A DNA stretch of 64,000 bases, from the NCBI GenBank assembly GCA_963723515.1, contig CAVRQT010000002.1, positions 512,001 through 576,000 of the forward strand. The letters run 5' to 3'. This document shows, piece by piece, positions 1 to 9,719 of the stretch. Made by a program: the position numbers and the translations under genes. The stretch's first letter is position 1. Every line of letters starts with the position of its first letter. Source of the DNA: Vulcanimicrobiota bacterium (GTDB lineage Bacteria > Vulcanimicrobiota > Vulcanimicrobiia > Vulcanimicrobiales > Vulcanimicrobiaceae). The notes under the pieces were generated by a model. That model searched no databases, was not told where the DNA came from, and worked only from the letters and a program-made list of their open reading frames with translations.

Positions 1-32
1 GAAGCGCGCCTCGAAATGGCCGGCGCGATTCA

Positions 33-662
33 ATGAGAAGCGCCGCGACGTTTGCCATCGTCGCTTCACGCGGGCGTCTCTTGTGGCCGGCTGCGGCGCT
101 GCTGATTGCAATCAGCGCTTTGGCCGGCGCGGCGATCCAAGCCGTGAGCCCAATCACGACGCGCATCGCCGCGAACGCCCTAGTGACCGCGCTCGTCGCG
201 ATCGCGGTCGCTTATGCCAATGGCACGGCCACGCGAACCGACCCATTCGCCACCGTCGAAGAAGCTGCGCCGCTTTTTGGGCGGCAACGTGCGCGCGCTA
301 ATGCAATCGTTCCGGGAGCGGTTGTGGTGCTGTGCGCGGTCGCGCAATATCTGGGCGCGATGTGGCGGCTGAGCGCCGGCTTTACGCTGACCCCGTTCAT
401 CGTCGATACCGCCGCTGCTCTGGCGGCACTGTCGATCGGGCTTTCGGTTCCGGTGCGCTCAAAGTGGAACAGGGTGCTTTATGCCCTTTTTGCCCTGGGA
501 GCAGCATTGCTTTGCGCCGCATTCGGCAGCGCGGTCGGCAACTCAACGCAAAGCAATTTGGGTGCAATCGCCGCGTCGAGCGGCGTCGCAGCGATGATCG
601 GCTTCTTAGCGCTTCGGCAGTACGGTGAAACGCTGGCGCGTTACGATCCGCTGCCCCGTTAG
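33..662 (+). CDS. hypothetical multi-pass membrane protein
   Basis: 209-aa ORF with several Ala/Leu-rich hydrophobic segments; convergent with the next gene. Confidence 0.7.
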   Translation: MRSAATFAIVASRGRLLWPAAALLIAISALAGAAIQAVSPITTRIAANALVTALVAIAVAYANGTATRTDPFATVEEAAPLFGRQRARANAIVPGAVVVLCAVAQYLGAMWRLSAGFTLTPFIVDTAAALAALSIGLSVPVRSKWNRVLYALFALGAALLCAAFGSAVGNSTQSNLGAIAASSGVAAMIGFLALRQYGETLARYDPLPR

Positions 663-670
663 CAACTTCT

Positions 671-1243
671 TTACGAAGATACGGCGGGTGCGACCGGCTG
701 CGCGGCGGCCAGCTTCTCAAGCATCGCACGATTGAACTGCGGAATGTCGTCCGGATTGCGTGAGGACACCCAATTCGCATCGATGACGACGGGTTGGTCG
801 CGATACAGACCGCCCGCATTACGAATGTCATCGGCGATAGAAGCAAACCCGGTTAGCTGGCGCCCGCGTACGACATTCGCCGAGATCAAGACTTGCGGCC
901 CGTGGCAAATGACGAACATCGGCTTCTTGACCGCATCGAATTCCCGCACAAACCGCTGGACTTCTTTGTTCGTGCGAATGTGGTCGGGAGACTGACCGCC
1001 CGGAATCAAGAGCGCATCGAAATCTTCTGACGTCACGTCGGCAACGAGCTCTTCAGCCTTGACAGTGATGCCGTCGTCGAGGCCGCGTTTGCCGCGGATG
1101 CGCTGCTTTGCTTTCTCGTCGACGCCGACAACCGTTACGATGCAGCCGGCCTCTTCGAGCGCGCGCCGCGTTTCCGTCAATTCAACTTCTTCGAATCCAT
1201 CGCCGATCAGCGCGGCGATCCGTTTTCCTTCCACTGGTTGCAT
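671..1243 (-). CDS. PfpI/DJ-1 family protein (type 1 glutamine amidotransferase-like)
   Basis: Motifs GFEEVE, FDALLIPGG, ICHGP and VSSRNPDD. Confidence 0.93.
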   Translation of the reverse strand: MQPVEGKRIAALIGDGFEEVELTETRRALEEAGCIVTVVGVDEKAKQRIRGKRGLDDGITVKAEELVADVTSEDFDALLIPGGQSPDHIRTNKEVQRFVREFDAVKKPMFVICHGPQVLISANVVRGRQLTGFASIADDIRNAGGLYRDQPVVIDANWVSSRNPDDIPQFNRAMLEKLAAAQPVAPAVSS

Positions 1244-1266
1244 GGGCCGTCAGGTTCTCTGCCCGC

Positions 1267-1782
1267 TCACAGGGTCCCACCGGTTTGCTCCGACGCGGCG
1301 CGGAGCAAGTATGCAAGTTCGATCTCAAGTTTGCCGGCATCGTCCAACAACGGATCCGCGCCGAGCGCACTCAGCGTCGGATTGCGGCGTGTCATGTCGG
1401 CCTCGGGAACCGGGTGGCGCGGATTGATTTCGCGCATGTAGATGCGGGCATCGTAACGGATCGGACCCTCGGGCAGAAAATAGAGCGGATCGAGCCCGGC
1501 AGCGTACACCTCGAGCGACAGAAAGCCGAGTTGCTGCAAGAATTCAATCGGACGCAGCCGCAGAGCTCGTGCCAAGCGCGCGAGCACGCTGATGGTGAGA
1601 CGGCGGTCGCCGGACAAAATCTCACGCAAGCCGGCGTCATCGAGTTCGGCTGCGCGCGCGAGCGCAGCGTCATCAACGCCTTGCGCTTGCGCGACTCGCC
1701 GCAGCGCCTCGGCGAACCGCGCACCGCCGGCCGTTCCCGATGCCGCATCCCACAGCGGCCTTTCCGCGCGTTGCTCAGCCAT
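1267..1782 (-). CDS. XRE-family helix-turn-helix domain protein
   Basis: N-terminal LARAAELDDAGLREILSGDRRLTISVLARLARAL is a Cro/C1-type HTH pattern. Confidence 0.7.
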   Translation of the reverse strand: MAEQRAERPLWDAASGTAGGARFAEALRRVAQAQGVDDAALARAAELDDAGLREILSGDRRLTISVLARLARALRLRPIEFLQQLGFLSLEVYAAGLDPLYFLPEGPIRYDARIYMREINPRHPVPEADMTRRNPTLSALGADPLLDDAGKLEIELAYLLRAASEQTGGTL

Positions 1783-2546
1783 CAGAACAGCGAGCTCCCC
1801 AATCCGCCGTCGACCCCGATCGTTTGTCCCGTGATGTAACTGGCGGGCGCCGAACAGAGGAATGCAATCAACGGCGCATACTCATCAGGCTGGGCAATAT
1901 GTCCGGCGGGAATCTCGCGTTCTGCACGCTGCCACTCTTCTTCGGTTTTGTAAAGTTCACGTAAACGATCCGTTGCGACACGGCCCGTAGCGATGCAGTT
2001 GACCGTGATGCCTTCGGCCGCCACTTCGACCGAGAGCGTCTTCATCGCGGCAACGACCGCAACGCGAAAGGCGCTTGAAAGCGTGAGCGCCGGCGAAGGC
2101 TCTTTGACGGTCGTCGATGTTAAGGCAACGATTCGCCCCCAATGCCGTTCGCGCATCGAGGGCAACGCCTGATCGATCAACAGCAGAAAGCTTTGCAGCG
2201 TCGAGCGGTACGCGACATCCCAGTCGGATGGTTGAAGTTCCAAGTACCGTCCGGGCTTCGGGCCGCCCGAGTTGGCGACGAGAATCTCGAGCTCGCCGCA
2301 CCGTTCGCGAATCGTGTGACCGAGGCGCGCGATCGACTCCGAATCCTCCATGTCGACGGCGAACGCATCGGAAGCAACGGCGCCTCGCGCTTCGGCTTCT
2401 TTAGCGACATCCTGGAGCTCGTTGATCCGCCTGGCCGCAACGACGAGATGAACACCCTCGGCAGCCAGCGCCAGCGCACATGCTCGTCCTATCCCCGAGC
2501 TAGCGCCCGTTACGAGCGCAACCTTATTTCGAATGCCAAAGTCCAT
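1782..2546 (-). CDS. short-chain dehydrogenase/reductase
   Basis: TGASSGIG, LVANSGGP, GITVN and YITGQTIGVDGG motifs. Confidence 0.93.
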   Translation of the reverse strand: MDFGIRNKVALVTGASSGIGRACALALAAEGVHLVVAARRINELQDVAKEAEARGAVASDAFAVDMEDSESIARLGHTIRERCGELEILVANSGGPKPGRYLELQPSDWDVAYRSTLQSFLLLIDQALPSMRERHWGRIVALTSTTVKEPSPALTLSSAFRVAVVAAMKTLSVEVAAEGITVNCIATGRVATDRLRELYKTEEEWQRAEREIPAGHIAQPDEYAPLIAFLCSAPASYITGQTIGVDGGLGSSLF

Positions 2547-2567
2547 CGTGCAGAGAAGGTCAGCGCC

Positions 2568-3080
2568 ATGAAGATCGTTTCCTTCGTTGCGTTGCTTGCT
2601 TTTTATATGGCTCCCGCGCTCGCTGCCGACACGTCTTCTCCGGCTGAGAAACTCTCGGTGTTCGCGGGTTCGTGGCGTTCGGAAGGCACGGTACAGATCA
2701 ATGGTAAGCCGGTGCCTCTCACCGGAAACATCACCTGCGCATGGTCTTCACCTGCACATGTCTTTCTTGTTTGTGACGGCGTCGCGACGCTCGAAGGCAA
2801 CCCTGCTCCGCAACATCAACTTTCCGTCTACACGTACGACGCCGCTTCAAAGCAATATGGCTTCGCGAACGTAACAACCAACACGCTGACAAGTCCCGAC
2901 CTCGTTCTCAACGGCAACACGTGGACGTATAGCGGCAAGGCTACCAACGCTGGGAAGACGACCTACTTTCGCACGTTCAATACCTTTGAATCCGCCGATC
3001 TCTACCGGTTCCGAGCCGAGTCGAGCACGGATAACGCGACCTGGAGCGTCGTCGTGCAAGGCGTCTCCCGTCGCCTTTGA
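2568..3080 (+). CDS. secreted hypothetical beta-rich protein (DUF1579-like)
   Basis: Likely start ATG 2568 with signal peptide MKIVSFVALLAFYMAPALA; L..F.GSW motif. Confidence 0.65.
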   Translation: MKIVSFVALLAFYMAPALAADTSSPAEKLSVFAGSWRSEGTVQINGKPVPLTGNITCAWSSPAHVFLVCDGVATLEGNPAPQHQLSVYTYDAASKQYGFANVTTNTLTSPDLVLNGNTWTYSGKATNAGKTTYFRTFNTFESADLYRFRAESSTDNATWSVVVQGVSRRL

Positions 3081-3106
3081 CAGCCTTCTTCGCGCTTTGA
3101 TATGAT
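3077..3106 (+). promoter_or_regulatory. sigma70-type promoter of rpsO
   Basis: TTGACA-N18-TATGAT with a TGn extended -10. Confidence 0.75.
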
Positions 3107-3112
3107 GCGCCG

Positions 3113-3185
3113 GTCGCCGGGACGGACTCTATAGGCCTGTACCCGTGACGAGGCCATCCTTGAATGAGGAGTTCAACGTTCCAGC
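3113..3185 (+). promoter_or_regulatory. candidate S15 autoregulatory leader RNA
   Basis: Bulged hairpin at 3113-3149; loop ACTCT is complementary to GGAGT at 3168-3172. Confidence 0.45.
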
Positions 3186-3455
3186 ATGCCGCTAACAAAA
3201 GAACAGAAGGCGGAAATCGCCGCCAAACACGCGCGCAATCCGGGCGACACCGGCTCGGCCGACGTGCAGGTTGCGGTGCTGACCGCATCGATCAACCAGC
3301 TGACCGAACATCTGAAGATTCATAAGAAAGACAACCACAGCCGTCGCGGGCTGCTGTTGCAGGTTGGGCAGCGCCGGCGTTTGCTCAATTATCTTCAGAA
3401 GACCGATCTCGACCGCTATCGCAAGCTGATCGCCGATCTCGGCCTGCGCCGCTAA
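3186..3455 (+). CDS. rpsO: 30S ribosomal protein S15
   Basis: [13 protein letters not shown]...[12 protein letters not shown]...LGLRR. Confidence 0.99.
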   Translation: MPLTKEQKAEIAAKHARNPGDTGSADVQVAVLTASINQLTEHLKIHKKDNHSRRGLLLQVGQRRRLLNYLQKTDLDRYRKLIADLGLRR

Positions 3456-3943
3456 GCCTTAGCGGCCTGAAGTCCGGCGAGCTCACGGCGCATGCCGCGC
3501 TCGCCGTCGCGCATCGTCCAATTGTGATTGGCGGCAAAGAGCGGCCGCATGAACCAACCGAAGCGCCGAATGAACGGTTGGTTCGCGCGTACGCGCCAAT
3601 CGTACCCCACGTTTACGTTTGCGCCGTCTTGGATGATTTGCCAGCGACCTTCGCCGTCGAGATCGCCGCTTGCAATTAAGCGAGACCCATTCGGGTAATG
3701 TACTTCCACGACTTCGTATCGCCAGCGCAACGTATAGGGCAACGGCCCCTTCGTTTCAACATCGACGATCTTGCCGAGTGAATGTTCGCCGCCCTGACGA
3801 ACAATCTGCACGCGGTGGTACACTGAAGGCCACCATTGCGGAATGCGCTCGGTGTCTTCGAGCAGCGCGGAAACTTCTTCGCAGGTTCCTTGGAAGCGCC
3901 AATGCGTCGCGAACCGATAGAAGTTTGGGGCTTCGCGGGGCAC
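3452..3943 (-). CDS. SRPBCC/polyketide cyclase family protein
   Basis: Probable GTG start at 3943; [15 protein letters not shown] and FAANHNWTM motifs. Confidence 0.8.
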   Translation of the reverse strand: MPREAPNFYRFATHWRFQGTCEEVSALLEDTERIPQWWPSVYHRVQIVRQGGEHSLGKIVDVETKGPLPYTLRWRYEVVEVHYPNGSRLIASGDLDGEGRWQIIQDGANVNVGYDWRVRANQPFIRRFGWFMRPLFAANHNWTMRDGERGMRRELAGLQAAKA

Positions 3944-3944
3944 C

Positions 3945-5636
3945 CTAGTAGCCCAGTGCGGCGCCGGATGAACGACGGCGGTCCGTGCCGCCGTAAAGCG
4001 TGCCTGTCGTCGGGTCGACCAATATCGCTTGTGCGCTGCCCCAAGGCGCATACTCTTTGAGCCGGTAACCCATCGCTTGCAGCGTGAGACGATCCGCGCT
4101 TTTGATCGCGTTCGGCTCAATTTGAATTTCATCGGGCAGCCATTGGTGGTGAAAACGCGGCGCGTCAACTGCGGCTTGGATGTTCATGCCGTAGTCGATC
4201 ACGTTCTGAAGAATGCCGAGCGTGATCGTAATGATGCGCGCCCCGCCGGGACTTCCCGCGACCATAAACAGCTTTCCGTCTTTCGTTACCATCGTCGGCG
4301 CCATCGAAGAGAGCGGACGTTTTGCGGGCTGCACCTCGTTGCGCTCGCCTTGCACTAAGCCGTAGAGATTCCCGGCACCGGCTTTGACGGTGAAGTCATC
4401 CATCTCGTCGTTGAGTAGGAAGCCGGTGTCCCCGGCAATGAGGTCTGAGCCGAACGTATCGTTGATCGTGTAAGTGAGGGCAACCGCGTTCCCCCAGCGG
4501 TCCACGATCGAATAATGCGTCGTCTGGCGATGCTCTTGCGGCGGCCCGAGTCCGCCAGAGATCTGTGCCGAGGGCGTGGCTCGATCCGGCATAATCTGCG
4601 AACGAAGCTTGGTAGCATATTGCGAGGATAGCAGTTGTCCGATCGGATTTGCGGCGAATGCCGGATCGCCTAAGTAGGTGTTCCGATCCGCGAAGGCGCG
4701 CCGTTCGGCTTCGACCATGTCATGAATGCTGCGCGCAGAGTTCCAACCATAACTCTGCAGCGGAAATGCGCCCACGATATCGAGGATTTCGCACATCGTC
4801 GCGCCGCCGGAGCTCGGCGGCGGCGCCGATGCAATGTCGTAGCCGTGGTAGCGGCAGTGAATCGGTGCCGATTCATCGACGCGGTAATTCGCAAAGTCGC
4901 GCAGAGTGAGCACTCCGCCCTGCGTGCGACTCGCGGCAACGATTTCGCGTGCGACGCGTCCACGATAGAAGGCAGCCGCGCCGTCTCGCGCGATCGCTTT
5001 GAGCGTAAGCGCCAGTTGCGGCTGCCGCAAACGCGCGCCGGCAGCGTAGGATTTCCCCGAACGCGTAAAGACGGCGCGCGCAACGGGTGATGCATCGAGC
5101 TCGTTCAGCGAACTGTTGAAGACGCGCACGTCACCCGTATCTAAGACGTAGCCGTCTCGCGCCAGCGCGATCGCGGGCGCCAGCAATTGCGCTCGCGACA
5201 ACGTGCCGTAGCGCCTGCGCGCATATTCTAGTCCGGCAACCGTCCCCGGAACGCCGACCGACAGAAACGATTTGGTGCTCGCGTTTGGAACGACGTTGCC
5301 GCGCGCATCCAAAAACATCTTCGGCCGTGCGGCAAACGGGGCTTTTTCTCGAAAATCGATGAACGTTTCCTTACCGTTCGAAAAACGAATCAGCATGAAG
5401 CCCCCGCCGCCGATGTTGCCGCAACACGGATCGACGACGGCCAGCGCATAGCCGACCGCGACTGCCGCGTCGACAGCGTTGCCGTCTGAGCGAAGCACAT
5501 CTAGACCGACACGTGATGCATAATGTTGATCGGTGACGACCATCACATGCCGTGCCCCGACCGGCGCCGTCGGCGCCGTTACTCCAAGCAGAAAGAAACA
5601 GAGCGCTGCGGCTGCATCGCGCCCAACGGTATTCAT
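3945..5636 (-). CDS. ggt: gamma-glutamyltransferase
   Basis: GNAVDAAVA, DFREKAP, TTHYSIVD (catalytic Thr), LNDEMDDF, KRPLSSM and GSPGG; ATG 5636 overlaps the upstream stop. Confidence 0.97.
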   Translation of the reverse strand: MNTVGRDAAAALCFFLLGVTAPTAPVGARHVMVVTDQHYASRVGLDVLRSDGNAVDAAVAVGYALAVVDPCCGNIGGGGFMLIRFSNGKETFIDFREKAPFAARPKMFLDARGNVVPNASTKSFLSVGVPGTVAGLEYARRRYGTLSRAQLLAPAIALARDGYVLDTGDVRVFNSSLNELDASPVARAVFTRSGKSYAAGARLRQPQLALTLKAIARDGAAAFYRGRVAREIVAASRTQGGVLTLRDFANYRVDESAPIHCRYHGYDIASAPPPSSGGATMCEILDIVGAFPLQSYGWNSARSIHDMVEAERRAFADRNTYLGDPAFAANPIGQLLSSQYATKLRSQIMPDRATPSAQISGGLGPPQEHRQTTHYSIVDRWGNAVALTYTINDTFGSDLIAGDTGFLLNDEMDDFTVKAGAGNLYGLVQGERNEVQPAKRPLSSMAPTMVTKDGKLFMVAGSPGGARIITITLGILQNVIDYGMNIQAAVDAPRFHHQWLPDEIQIEPNAIKSADRLTLQAMGYRLKEYAPWGSAQAILVDPTTGTLYGGTDRRRSSGAALGY

Positions 5637-6178
5637 CTTACTTTGACTTCCTCGTAACGCGGTACGCCCGCCGGGTACGCGCCATTCGGATGTGACTTGA
5701 TCCAGAGCGACGCTTTCACGGCGAGGTATTCGAAATTCTCGAAAAGCGCTCGATTGCCGCCGGCCTCGCGCATTCGCTCGATACATGGCCGAATCGCTTC
5801 ATATAAGGAACTCACCGTGATGCAGCCCACGTCGAGAAACGATGCCTGATCGATAAGCCGGTACTTCATGTACGAGCCGACCTGTTCGTAGTAGTCGCAG
5901 ATGTGAAGCCATGGATGCAACGACCGATCACCCCTCGTCTGCGGAAGATTGCGTAGATACTCGGGATCACGCAATTTATCCGTGAGCCCACCGCCGCGTA
6001 CGAATTGCACCCACGCCTGCATCTCCGGTTTCTGCCAATCTTCCAAGAGCGTGATGAGCGCGCTTAACTGATTGCTCGCGTGCAGATGCCGCAATTGAAT
6101 CGTCGCAGCAACCGCCGTAACCGCAATGACCACAAACGTCGCCGCCGAGAAGATCGTATTCCACACTTCAATCGCCAT
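5633..6178 (-). CDS. membrane-anchored hypothetical protein (DUF4760-like)
   Basis: N-terminal TM helix; YYEQVG and FENFEYL motifs; start ATG 6178. Confidence 0.65.
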   Translation of the reverse strand: MAIEVWNTIFSAATFVVIAVTAVAATIQLRHLHASNQLSALITLLEDWQKPEMQAWVQFVRGGGLTDKLRDPEYLRNLPQTRGDRSLHPWLHICDYYEQVGSYMKYRLIDQASFLDVGCITVSSLYEAIRPCIERMREAGGNRALFENFEYLAVKASLWIKSHPNGAYPAGVPRYEEVKVR

Positions 6179-6255
6179 GGGCGTTCGCTTTGACGTTTGC
6201 AGCGTGAAAACTGCCCTCTCTTGCGCCTCCGCGGCGTTCGTGCTATAGGTCACCA

Positions 6256-6744
6256 ATGACGACTTCTCAAGAAACGACGGTGGTAGGGAATCCGCCTAAA
6301 GACTCGCCCCGAATTCGCCCGCATCTGATCTACGACGATCCAGGCGCAGCACTCGAGTGGTTAACGCGCGCATTTGGATTTCGCGAGCGCGCGCGGCGCA
6401 TAGCGGATGGAGCTGTGGAGCGCGCACAGATTGAGGTCGTTGACAGTTTGATCACGATCGGGCGTCCGTCGATTCATGGACAGAGCCCAAGAGAGGGCGT
6501 CAGCTCGATGCTCTACATTTATGTAGACGCAGTTGACGAACATTATCGCCGCGCAAAGAACGCTGGCGCAAGGATCGTGCTTGAGCTTGAAGATGCTCCA
6601 TGGGGAGATCGCCGGTATCAAGCGAGTGATCCTGAAGGCCACCAATGGACGTTCGCGCAGCGCATGCGCGACGTGCCGCTCGAGGACTTGCGCAGCGGGC
6701 AAGGGCATTGGCAGACGGCGCCCGAACCTGGCGCGGTTCAATAA
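6256..6744 (+). CDS. VOC/glyoxalase family protein
   Basis: WLTRAFGF, YVDAVDEH and PWGDRRYQASDPEGHQWTF. Confidence 0.92.
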   Translation: MTTSQETTVVGNPPKDSPRIRPHLIYDDPGAALEWLTRAFGFRERARRIADGAVERAQIEVVDSLITIGRPSIHGQSPREGVSSMLYIYVDAVDEHYRRAKNAGARIVLELEDAPWGDRRYQASDPEGHQWTFAQRMRDVPLEDLRSGQGHWQTAPEPGAVQ

Positions 6745-6772
6745 AAACCGAGAAAACATAAATTTAGGACCG

Positions 6773-6821
6773 TTCGACCCTTCGGCATCGCTCAGGGCAG
6801 GCTCGCTGCTCAGGGCGACAC
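6773..6821 (+). repeat. REP-like palindromic repeat, nested form
   Basis: TTCGAC[CCTTCGGCATCGCTCAGGGCAGGCT]CGCTGCTCAGGGCGACAC; homologous copies near 28925 and 54087. Confidence 0.8.
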
Positions 6822-6854
6822 GCACGCTGAGAGGCGAGGTCCAAGGAGATATTT

Positions 6855-9071
6855 GTGCCAGAATCCGTCTCGTTAGAGATGGGCGGGCGCACCCTGGTCA
6901 TTGAGACCGGCGAACTTGCAAAACAAGCCAATGGGTCAGCTCTCGTCCGGTACGGCGATCAAAACGTCGTACTTTGTGCCGCTACCGCGTCCGATCGGCC
7001 ACGTGAAGGCATCGACTTTTTTCCGTTAACCTGTGACTTCGAAGAGAAGATGTATGCGTCGGGTAAAATTCCCGGCGGCTACATCAAGCGCGAAGGCCGG
7101 CCCTCGGAGCATGCGATTCTATCGTCGCGGCAGATCGACCGTCCGATTCGGCCTCTTTTCCCCCAAGGGTTTCGCAACGACATACAAGTCGTTGCCACGG
7201 CGCTCTCAACGGATCCGGAACTCGATCCGGACGTCTTAGGTGTCTGTGCTGCGGGCGCAGCGCTCGCCATCTCCGATATCCCATTTGAGAAAACCGTCGC
7301 TGCCGTTCGCGTCGGACGCAACGAAAACGGCGAATACGTCATTAATCCGCGCATTCCGGAATACGAAACGGGCGGCATGGAGATTGTCGTGGCCGGTACC
7401 GCCGATGCGGTCATGATGGTCGAAGGTAGCGCAAACCGCATCTCCGAGGAAGACTTTCTCGGCGCGATCGCATTCGCGCACGAGAGCATCAAACAGATCG
7501 TCGCGGCGATCGATGAACTTGCGAAGAAAGCAGGCAAACCGAAACGCGAGTTTCCGCTGCTCAAAGCGGACCGCGATCTCGCCGAATGGACCCGCAAGGC
7601 GTTCGCATCGGACGTCGCTGCGGCGATGCGCGTCGTTGAGAAAAGCGCGCGGAACGAAGCATTTGAGCGCATCAATCGCGAGCAGGCGCTTGCGCGCCTC
7701 GGAGAAGGCTCACCTGAATTGCGCGCGCTGCTCGAAGATCCGAAGAGTTCTGATTTTGAGAAGACGATCAAAGCGATGCAAGAGGAAGAGCTGCGCACGA
7801 TGGTCGTCGATGAGAAGCTTCGCCCGGACGGCCGCAAGCCCGATGAAATACGTGAAATTTGGTGCAAGGTCGGTTACGTTCCGCGCGTGCACGGCTCAGC
7901 AGTCTTCACGCGCGGCCAAACGCAAGTCTTTACGGCGGCAACACTCGGTTCGGTTTCGGATGCGCAACGCGTCGATGTCATGCTTGATTCCGGCAACAAG
8001 CGCTACATGCACTACTATAATTTCCCGCCCTATTCGGTCGGTGAGACGCGCCCGATGCGCGGTCCCGGCCGGCGTGAGATCGGACATGGACATCTTGCTG
8101 AACGCGCGCTCTTGCCGGTGCTGCCGAAGGAAGATGAATTTCCGTATACGCTACGCGTCATTAGTGAGATCCTCGAATCGAACGGCTCCTCTTCAATGGC
8201 ATCGGTTTGCGGCAGTACGCTCGCTTTGATGGATGCCGGCGTACCGCTCAAAGACCACGTCGCCGGCGTGGCGATGGGGCTTATTCTCAAAGACGATCGC
8301 TACGCGATTCTCACCGACATTCAGGGGCTTGAAGATGCGCTCGGCGAGATGGACTTCAAAGTCGCCGGAACCAAAGACGGCATCACGGCCGTGCAAATGG
8401 ACATCAAAGTCGCCGGTGTCACGATCGACATCATGCGCGAAGCGATGGCGCAAGCGAAAAAATCGCGACTCTTCATCATCGAGAAGTTGCAAGAGACGAT
8501 CGCCACGCCGCGCTCGGAGCTCTCGAAGTTCGCGCCTCGCATGATGATCGTACAGATCAATCCCGAAAAGATCAAAGACGTTATCGGCCCCGGCGGCAAG
8601 ATCATCAACAAGATCATCGCGGACACGGGCGTCAAGATCGATATCGAGGATGACGGCCGGGTCTTCATCACCTCCACCGACGGTGAAGCCGGCGAGAAGG
8701 CGCGCGAAATCGTCGAATCGCTGACCAAAGACGTCGTCGTCGGCGAAACCTATCTTGGCACCGTCACGCGGCTGATGAATTTCGGCGCATTCGTCGCGAT
8801 CTTGCCGGGCAAAGAGGGGCTCGTGCACATCAGCCAGCTCGCGCCGACGCGCATCGAGCGCGTTGAAGATGCAGTCAAGATCGGCGACGAGATCATGGTC
8901 AAGGTTGTCGAGATCGACGATAAGGGCCGCATCAATCTCTCTCGTAAGGCGGTCTTAGGCGGAGCAAGCGGCAACGGGGAATCCGATTTCGTTTCTCGGC
9001 GGCCGCCGCCACGTGAACGAAGCGGCGAAGGCGGCGTAAGCCGCATGCGCCGGCGCCGCCGCCCGGAGTAA
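6855..9071 (+). CDS. pnp: polyribonucleotide nucleotidyltransferase
   Basis: ETGELAKQA, DFFPLT, RREIGHG, ESNGSSSMASVC and MDFKVAG motifs, plus KH and S1 domains. Confidence 0.99.
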   Translation: MPESVSLEMGGRTLVIETGELAKQANGSALVRYGDQNVVLCAATASDRPREGIDFFPLTCDFEEKMYASGKIPGGYIKREGRPSEHAILSSRQIDRPIRPLFPQGFRNDIQVVATALSTDPELDPDVLGVCAAGAALAISDIPFEKTVAAVRVGRNENGEYVINPRIPEYETGGMEIVVAGTADAVMMVEGSANRISEEDFLGAIAFAHESIKQIVAAIDELAKKAGKPKREFPLLKADRDLAEWTRKAFASDVAAAMRVVEKSARNEAFERINREQALARLGEGSPELRALLEDPKSSDFEKTIKAMQEEELRTMVVDEKLRPDGRKPDEIREIWCKVGYVPRVHGSAVFTRGQTQVFTAATLGSVSDAQRVDVMLDSGNKRYMHYYNFPPYSVGETRPMRGPGRREIGHGHLAERALLPVLPKEDEFPYTLRVISEILESNGSSSMASVCGSTLALMDAGVPLKDHVAGVAMGLILKDDRYAILTDIQGLEDALGEMDFKVAGTKDGITAVQMDIKVAGVTIDIMREAMAQAKKSRLFIIEKLQETIATPRSELSKFAPRMMIVQINPEKIKDVIGPGGKIINKIIADTGVKIDIEDDGRVFITSTDGEAGEKAREIVESLTKDVVVGETYLGTVTRLMNFGAFVAILPGKEGLVHISQLAPTRIERVEDAVKIGDEIMVKVVEIDDKGRINLSRKAVLGGASGNGESDFVSRRPPPRERSGEGGVSRMRRRRRPE

Positions 9072-9072
9072 A

Positions 9073-9667
9073 ATGCTTCAGCGGTTCAATGAAGACGGGT
9101 ACGTCATCGTACCTGGCTTCATTGACGCCGCCATGTTCACGCAATTGAAAACGCGTAACGAGACTTGTAGCGATGGCGCGGCGGACACCGGAATTCATTG
9201 CCGGCGCCAAGGGAACGATCAACCTCGCGAATTTGGACGACGAATTTCCGGACATCGTGCAGATGTTGGCTGATTCGCCTGTCAGCGAATTGCTAGAGGC
9301 GCACATCGGAGCGCGTTACTCACGCCGGCTGTCATACCGCAGCCCGCAACCAGGACATGGCGCGCAAACGCTGCACACGGATTGGACAGGTAACGTTCCA
9401 ATCGGTCAGTGGGTCGTCGCAAACGCCTTTATCGCCCTGTGCGACATCAACGCATCAAACGGCGGAACGCGCCTTGTACCTGGTTCGCATCGCGAGTTCA
9501 GCCGTTTTCGCGCAAAATCACCAGTCGATCGTCATCCGAAGGAAATCGTTCCGCAACTTCACGCGGGCGATGCGCTCGTCTTCAGCGGTCATGTCTTGCA
9601 CTCCGGAACGAAGAACACGTCGGCGCGCGAAAGGCCGCTGCTCATGGCAAACTACCAACGCACCTAG
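9073..9667 (+). CDS. phytanoyl-CoA dioxygenase family protein (frameshift near 9170)
   Basis: F.EDGYVIVPG N-terminus in one frame; LHTD, NGGT.LVPGSH and LHSG in the next frame. Confidence 0.8.
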
Positions 9668-9719
9668 GCCGCTAGCGCGCTGCAGGCCTCCTGATTCGAC
9701 GCGCCCGAAGAGTGGCGCG

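Noticed and set aside
2580..2600. GCAACGCAAC match to the ku repeat near the SDR start
   Set aside because: Only about 10 nt and inside a signal-peptide coding region; likely chance
7079..8828. Long antisense and alternate-frame ORFs over pnp, the atp genes, murA and others
   Set aside because: Expected shadow ORFs in GC-rich coding DNA; no recognisable motifs
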